From: Nitrosopumilaceae archaeon
GTDB lineage: Archaea > Thermoproteota > Nitrososphaeria > Nitrososphaerales > Nitrosopumilaceae
Assembly: GCA_040877685.1 (NCBI GenBank)
Contig: JBBDNF010000060.1
Coordinates: 9,812 to 18,716, forward strand
Reading direction: 5' to 3'
Length of the DNA stretch: 8,905 nt
Part shown: positions 5,139-8,905 of the stretch, in pieces
How the letters are laid out: each line of letters starts with the position of its first letter
Position numbering within the stretch: position 1 is the first letter of the stretch
Position numbers and translations under genes: made by a program
The notes under the pieces: model-generated
The model's input: the letters and a program-made list of their open reading frames with translations, nothing else
Told to the model about the DNA's origin: nothing
Database searches by the model: none

Positions 5139-6269
5139 ATGAAAGCTGAAATAAAAACTGCAATCATTATGGCAATAGTTCTAGTGGCAGGTATTGGAGG
5201 AGCAAGTGCCTACTTTTCCTCTCTAGAAGAATCCAAGATGGTGGATACACAAGATCAACCAGATACCCAAAAGCAAGCAGCTAATAACATACCAATCGTC
5301 TCAACTATTGACAAAAGCGGGTTCAAAAAGGCGCCCGACTTGGTAGGAATAGCAGGATACATCAATACTAGCCCAGAAGAGCTCAAGGCAGCCATGAAGG
5401 ACAAGGTAGTTCTTTATGACATTTGGACCTATAGTTGCATAAATTGTATCAGAACTCTACCGTACATTACTGCATGGGACGAGAAATATGCAGACAAGGG
5501 ACTACTTATCATAGGAATACATTCTCCAGAGTTTGAATTTGAAAAAGATATCAATAATGTAAAAACGGCAGTGGAAAATTATGGAATCAAATATCCAGTT
5601 GTTCTTGATAACGATATGAAAACTTGGAAAGCATTTGAAAACAGATATTGGCCAAGAAAATACATTGCAGACTCTGAAGGGTACATAAGATATGATCACA
5701 TAGGAGAAGGTGGATATGCAGAAACTGAAAAAGTAATACAACAACTTTTGGAAGAGCGAAACCAGCTCCTTGGATTGAATGTTGCTGCCGCGCAACCGCT
5801 TGTTAATTTAGAAGAACACAAATTTTCATCATCACAAACTCCGGAGCTTTACTTTGGATACAAATTTGCATTTGGAAGAAACCAACTTGGAAATTCTGAA
5901 GGTTTTAAACCAGATCAAGCAGTGACTTATTCTATTCCTAACAATCTACAAGAAGATTATTTTTATCTTGAAGGCCAATGGCAAAACTTGGAAGATAGAA
6001 TGAAACTTGTTTCAGAAAATGGAAAGATAGTACTTCCGTACTTTGCAAAATCAGTTAACATTGTAGCTGCAGGCCAAGCTAAATTGCAGATTCTACTTGA
6101 TGGCAATCCAATAAAACCAGAAGATGCTGGAACCGATGTGCAAGACGGATTGGTACACGTATTTGATGAAAGACTATACAACATCATTTCAACTAAAGAA
6201 GCTGCGTCACACACACTTACTATTATTGCAAAACCTGGTTTTGAAATCTACACGTTTACCTTTGGTTGA
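5139..6269 (+). CDS. Membrane-anchored thioredoxin-like (redoxin) protein with a DipZ-type C-terminal beta-sandwich domain
   Basis: N-terminal TM anchor (AIIMAIVLVAGIGGASAYF). The CxxC active site WTYSCINCIRTLPY, GIHSPEFEFEK and YWPRKYIADSEGYIRYDHIGEGGY follow the DipZ-like thioredoxin pattern. The C-terminal approximately 150 aa end in YTFTFG, as in the DipZ C-terminal domain (from memory). Probably translationally coupled to ccdA. Confidence 0.85.
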   Translation: MKAEIKTAIIMAIVLVAGIGGASAYFSSLEESKMVDTQDQPDTQKQAANNIPIVSTIDKSGFKKAPDLVGIAGYINTSPEELKAAMKDKVVLYDIWTYSCINCIRTLPYITAWDEKYADKGLLIIGIHSPEFEFEKDINNVKTAVENYGIKYPVVLDNDMKTWKAFENRYWPRKYIADSEGYIRYDHIGEGGYAETEKVIQQLLEERNQLLGLNVAAAQPLVNLEEHKFSSSQTPELYFGYKFAFGRNQLGNSEGFKPDQAVTYSIPNNLQEDYFYLEGQWQNLEDRMKLVSENGKIVLPYFAKSVNIVAAGQAKLQILLDGNPIKPEDAGTDVQDGLVHVFDERLYNIISTKEAASHTLTIIAKPGFEIYTFTFG

Positions 6270-6332
6270 ACATATTTCAATAATAATATTTCAAAATTCG
6301 AATTTAGAAACATATTATTTCCAAGTAGAAAA

Positions 6333-6425
6333 ACACGCTTGTGTAACCACTGACTCTTGTCACTGCAGTTACACCAAGAGGTGGAACATGCCTGCTTAAA
6401 ACCTAGATTCTGATCTTTCGCAGGT
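6333..6425 (+). ncRNA. Candidate structured RNA: two adjacent imperfect hairpins, either a cdvB leader or an independent small RNA
   Basis: Hairpin 1 (6333-6382): CAC/GTG, CTTG/CAAG, TGTAAC/GTTACA and TGAC/GTCA around loop TCTT, about 17 bp with bulges. Hairpin 2 (6388-6425): GCCTGC/GCAGGT plus AGAT/ATCT around loop TCTG. This stretch is visibly more GC-rich than the AT-rich 6270-6330 stretch. I recognise no Rfam family, and strand is assumed from context. Confidence 0.3.
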
Positions 6426-6459
6426 GCAAAAGTAAACGACCATCCTTAGTAAATGGAAT

Positions 6460-7074
6460 GTGCATAAGGAGAGTATATCACAAAAGGTAATTGACAAAGT
6501 AAGGCCAGATGCACCACTAAAACCAAAAATTGATGAGGCACAGAAAAAGCTGCAGCTGCAGATAGTAAAGCTGGATGACATTACACGAAAATTAAAAGAA
6601 AAAGACGAGTATATTTTCAAAAAAGTTGTTGAGGCAGTAAGAACTCAAAACAAACAATACTCTCAAGCATATGCTGCGGAACTTCATGAAATTAGAAAGA
6701 TGAACAAGATGGTTACAAACGCAAAGCTTGCAATGGAACAAATTCAAATTAGATTAAACACAATTTCGGAGTTAGGAGATGTGGTAGTAACACTAAGTCC
6801 ATGTATGTCAATAATCAAAGGACTTGGAGCAGGACTTGGTGGTCTCATGCCAGAGGCAAATGCATCCATGCAGGATCTCTCAGCTATATTAGGAGATATA
6901 ATGGCTGGTTCATCAGTAAATGCAAACCACACTCTTGCTGTAGATACTGGAAGCGCAGACACATCAGCTATACTAGAAGAAGCACAATCCATACTAGAAG
7001 GACACATACGCCAAACGATTCCAGAGGTACCAACCGATCTTCCTGCTGCGAAACGTACAGAGGCAACTACTTAG
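6460..7074 (+). CDS. cdvB: ESCRT-III / Snf7-family cell-division protein, CdvB-like paralogue with no C-terminal winged-helix extension
   Basis: 204-aa helical protein with a basic N-terminal half (KPKIDEAQKKLQLQIVKLDDITRKLKEKDEYIFKKVVEA) and an acidic C-terminal half. The pattern ...IQIRLNTISELGDVVVTLSPCMSIIKGLGAGLGGLMPEANASMQDLSAILGDIM resembles archaeal CdvB/Snf7 cores (from memory). Start is uncertain: GTG 6460 is the only canonical start, although the frame is open back to 6436. Confidence 0.65.
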   Translation: MHKESISQKVIDKVRPDAPLKPKIDEAQKKLQLQIVKLDDITRKLKEKDEYIFKKVVEAVRTQNKQYSQAYAAELHEIRKMNKMVTNAKLAMEQIQIRLNTISELGDVVVTLSPCMSIIKGLGAGLGGLMPEANASMQDLSAILGDIMAGSSVNANHTLAVDTGSADTSAILEEAQSILEGHIRQTIPEVPTDLPAAKRTEATT

Positions 7075-7405
7075 ATTTTTTACTTATTTCTAAAAAAATT
7101 TTTTTAATCCTGGATATTGTTGGGTAACTGTAGCCTCGCTTTCTATAATTTGCAATCATCATCTTCCAGTTTTTTAATCTCCATTGAGCCTGTTCTGAAG
7201 TTACAGAATGAACTTCACGCTGAATGATGCTTTTTCGTCCAACTTTGAGCACGCCAGCGTCCTTTGCTGTCCATCTGTTTTTTGCAAAGTGAAGACCTGC
7301 TAAGATTTCCTCTATTGGCGTTTCATTAAAGTATTCTTGAAGTTTTTTTATTTGCAGATCAGTTGGTTTTTGGTCAGTCTTTAACGATAGGTCAAACTTT
7401 TCCAC
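7067..7405 (-). CDS. Hypothetical 112-aa protein; possible C-terminal helix-turn-helix (weak)
   Basis: GTG-initiated ORF with TATA-like ATTAAATA (7427-7434) 22-29 nt upstream. The C-terminal KRGYSYPTISRIKKIFLEI loosely resembles an HTH recognition helix. No family recognised. The 3' end overlaps the cdvB 3' end by 8 nt (convergent). Confidence 0.55.
   Translation of the reverse strand: MEKFDLSLKTDQKPTDLQIKKLQEYFNETPIEEILAGLHFAKNRWTAKDAGVLKVGRKSIIQREVHSVTSEQAQWRLKNWKMMIANYRKRGYSYPTISRIKKIFLEISKKSK
7076..7105 (+). terminator. T-runs downstream of cdvB (T6 at 7076-7081; A7T7 at 7092-7105), a possible archaeal oligo-T terminator
   Basis: Oligo-T tracts begin 2 nt after the cdvB stop codon. They lie inside the 3' coding end of the convergent 112-aa ORF. 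Confidence 0.3.
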
Positions 7406-7477
7406 GGTGATAATTATAGTGCTGAGTATTTAATGTGAATTATTGAATTAACTTTTACAGTTAGAGTACAAAATTTT

Positions 7478-7750
7478 TTAGGTTTTTTCTGAGCTTGTCT
7501 TTCCCCAGAAGAATTCTTTTCTAATAAAAGAGTCAAGTTGATCAAAGGCATCCATCGAAATTTGTTGGTTTTTAAACATTTGAGATATTAACAGAATGAA
7601 CCTTTGCTGGAATTCTATATCGTGTTGATGATATTTGTCTAATTTTTCTACAAGTTCGGTTAGCTTGTCAAGTAATGGTCTTACTTCATCAGATACTATT
7701 TTCTTTACTTCATTTGTAGTTGGAGCCGAGTCTTCAAACTGCTTTGGCAT
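7478..7750 (-). CDS. Hypothetical approximately 90-aa all-helical protein; track ORF trimmed to the second ATG
   Basis: The track ORF starts at 7768, but a strong TATA-like TTTAAATA (7773-7780) lies only 4 nt upstream of that ATG. It lies 23-30 nt upstream of the in-frame ATG at 7750 (MPKQFEDS...), which is the spacing seen at other genes here. No family recognised. Confidence 0.55.
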   Translation of the reverse strand: MPKQFEDSAPTTNEVKKIVSDEVRPLLDKLTELVEKLDKYHQHDIEFQQRFILLISQMFKNQQISMDAFDQLDSFIRKEFFWGKTSSEKT

Positions 7751-7772
7751 GTTTCCACGAAATCTCATTGAC

Positions 7773-7780
7773 TATTTAAA
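7773..7780 (-). promoter_or_regulatory. TATA box TTTAAATA (minus strand) for the 90-aa ORF
   Basis: Near-consensus archaeal TATA. Its spacing argues for a start at 7750. Confidence 0.5.
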
Positions 7781-7876
7781 GCAAGAAAATCATGTTTTAT
7801 CAATTAGTGTATAGAACTTTACATTACATACATGAGACAGATTGGTTTTCTATTCAGCTTATTAGATGAGACTAGT

Positions 7877-8185
7877 CTATGAATAGTGTTTTAGCTTTCT
7901 CATAACGCCTTCTAAAGTGTTCATAGGCACTATCTTTACGGTATTAAAAGACGCAATTCCTGTTTCCAAGCATAAGTTTTCTATATCATGTGCACTTTCC
8001 GCTTCGAAAATTATTACCCATAAATGCTCAAGTGCTGACATGTAAAAACCAAGTATTTTTTTTATTTTGTATTTTTTCATGTTTATTTTTATCTTGTTTT
8101 CAAATTGCATGAAGATTTTCTTGTTTGATTTGTTATTTAACGGACAAGATTCTGGATTGTGGGTTACAAATGCACCAAACATCAT
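7877..8185 (-). CDS. Hypothetical 102-aa small alpha+beta protein (pattern reminiscent of the DUF3303 / GYD / dimeric alpha-beta-barrel type)
   Basis: ATG ATG start with TTTTTAAC (8211-8218) 26-33 nt upstream. The beta-alpha-beta-beta-alpha-beta-like pattern is MMFGAFVTH ... ILGFYMS..HLWVIIFEAES..IENLCLETGIASFNTVKIVPM. The family assignment is from memory and weak. Confidence 0.6.
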   Translation of the reverse strand: MMFGAFVTHNPESCPLNNKSNKKIFMQFENKIKINMKKYKIKKILGFYMSALEHLWVIIFEAESAHDIENLCLETGIASFNTVKIVPMNTLEGVMRKLKHYS

Positions 8186-8268
8186 AGAATTATTCCGTTA
8201 TGTTTTCTAGGTTAAAAACTATCTTTTTTACACATACTCTTTCATTTTTTATTTTGTATTATTCTTGT

Positions 8269-8754
8269 CTAGCAAGAATTCTGAGTTACATAAGCCACAC
8301 TAATGGAAGTAAAAGCTATTCCTATACCTTCCTTTTCATAGACTGCCGAAAGAATATTTTCCCTATGAGCATCGCTGAACATCCAATTATTCATGGCATG
8401 CCCTGCTAGCTGTTCCTTGTAAAGCCAAGCATAAATGATCGTTATGTTTTCTCCGAGAGCACAAGAATAGTTTGCTAAATTTGTCCTATCTATTGGTCCA
8501 AGTCCGTCAGGAGATTTATGTGAAAAATAGCCTTTTTCGGCCATATCTTTACTATGTGCTACTGCAATTTCTGCAAGTTTAATATCATATTGCAACGGTT
8601 GTAACCCAGCTTTTATCCGTTCATTGTTGATACGTTCATGGATAAGCAATCCTATTTCTTCTGGTTTTGATGTAATCATTGCAATATACTGACCAACAAA
8701 AACTAGGATTAGTAGACCAATACCAATTATGAATAGTGTTGTTGCAATATTCAA
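8269..8754 (-). CDS. Membrane-anchored CAP/SCP (PR-1-like, YkwD-type) domain protein
   Basis: N-terminal TM helix (IATTLFIIGIGLLILVFVGQYIAMI) followed by the CAP-domain pattern HSKDMAEKGYFSHKSPDG...GENI...W..SDAHRENIL...YEKEGIGIA. The TTG start at 8754 is needed to include the anchor. TTAATTTT lies 16-23 nt upstream. Confidence 0.8.
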   Translation of the reverse strand: MNIATTLFIIGIGLLILVFVGQYIAMITSKPEEIGLLIHERINNERIKAGLQPLQYDIKLAEIAVAHSKDMAEKGYFSHKSPDGLGPIDRTNLANYSCALGENITIIYAWLYKEQLAGHAMNNWMFSDAHRENILSAVYEKEGIGIAFTSISVAYVTQNSC

Positions 8755-8857
8755 TATCCTTTTTTAACAAAAATTAACACATAAACATTAACAAGAAACT
8801 AATTTTGAATCTCATGGGATAGAATTCTATTTTAGTAAGCAATTCATGGAAACCTGT

Positions 8858-8905
8858 ATGGAGGTTGTAAAAAGCAACTGGGGAAACAGATTCATAATTG
8901 CTGCC
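8858..8905 (+). CDS. Possible 5' end of an unidentified gene running off the right edge
   Basis: ATG 8858 (MEVVKSNWGNRFIIAA...) stays open to the window end, and CTATTTTAG lies 23-31 nt upstream. An in-frame ATG at 8846 is an alternative start. Only 16 codons are visible. Confidence 0.2.
   Translation, partial: MEVVKSNWGNRFIIAA

Noticed and set aside
6296-6307. TTCGAA-containing palindrome AAATTCGAATTT, considered as a tRNA T-loop (GTTCGAATC-like)
   Set aside because: No flanking T-stem, acceptor stem or anticodon arm can be built on either strand. The surrounding sequence is nearly pure A/T.
5502-7127. Track ORFs 5502-5795(-), 5963-6214(-), 6124-6399(+), 6396-6620(-), 6744-7007(-) and 6801-7127(+)
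   Set aside because: They overlap the DipZ-like or cdvB frames, either out of frame or antisense. ORF 6124-6399 merely reads through the dipZ-like 3' end into the hairpin region. None has supporting motifs or promoter spacing.
7792-7869. 25-aa plus-strand ORF (MFYQLVYRTLHYIHETDWFSIQLIR) in the spacer between the 90-aa and 102-aa genes
   Set aside because: It has no TATA-like box at the usual distance and no hydrophobic or metal-binding pattern. It lies in the promoter region of the minus-strand 90-aa gene.
8200-8409. Plus-strand 69-aa track ORF overlapping the 3' end of the CAP gene
   Set aside because: It is antisense to the CAP-domain frame, which carries clear family motifs. The translation is low-complexity.
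1-8905. Looked for CRISPR arrays, transposase or integrase genes, terminal inverted repeats, and tRNA or rRNA genes
   Set aside because: None was found. The only repeats are the short promoter-region elements reported above, and no GC-rich cloverleaf-capable segment was seen.

Overview
AT-rich, compact, archaeal-type window: TATA-like boxes sit about 20-30 nt upstream of most start codons, and a CdvB/ESCRT-III homologue is present. It is most consistent with a Nitrosopumilus-like ammonia-oxidising thaumarchaeon, but that is inference because no marker gene is in the window. Left half is a biotin cluster. bioD (partial, minus) is divergent from bioA (plus), followed by bioB-bioF (plus, 11-nt overlap). 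Two tiny non-bio genes lie between bioA and bioB: an extremely basic 71-aa ORF (minus) and a 54-aa tandem CxxC..HxCP zinc-knuckle ORF (plus) that is missing from the ORF track. A GTAAAC-N16-GTTTAC palindrome resembling the BirA operator lies just upstream of the bioB TATA box. Middle is ccdA plus a membrane-anchored thioredoxin-fold protein with a DipZ-type C-terminal domain, together a split DipZ. This pair is preceded by three 11-bp tandem repeats and a divergent 29-aa single-TM mini-ORF, also missing from the track. Next comes a 190-nt intergenic region with a GC-enriched double hairpin, then an orphan CdvB-like ESCRT-III paralogue. The right end is a minus-strand run of three small unrecognised proteins (112, 90-96 and 102 aa) and a membrane-anchored CAP/SCP (PR-1-like) protein. 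No rRNA, tRNA, CRISPR, transposase or integrase was seen. I cannot show a new multi-gene system from sequence alone. The best follow-up candidates are the micro-genes plus operator inside the bio cluster, the repeat/mini-ORF/ccdA-trx locus, the structured element upstream of cdvB, and the small-protein run at 7067-8754.
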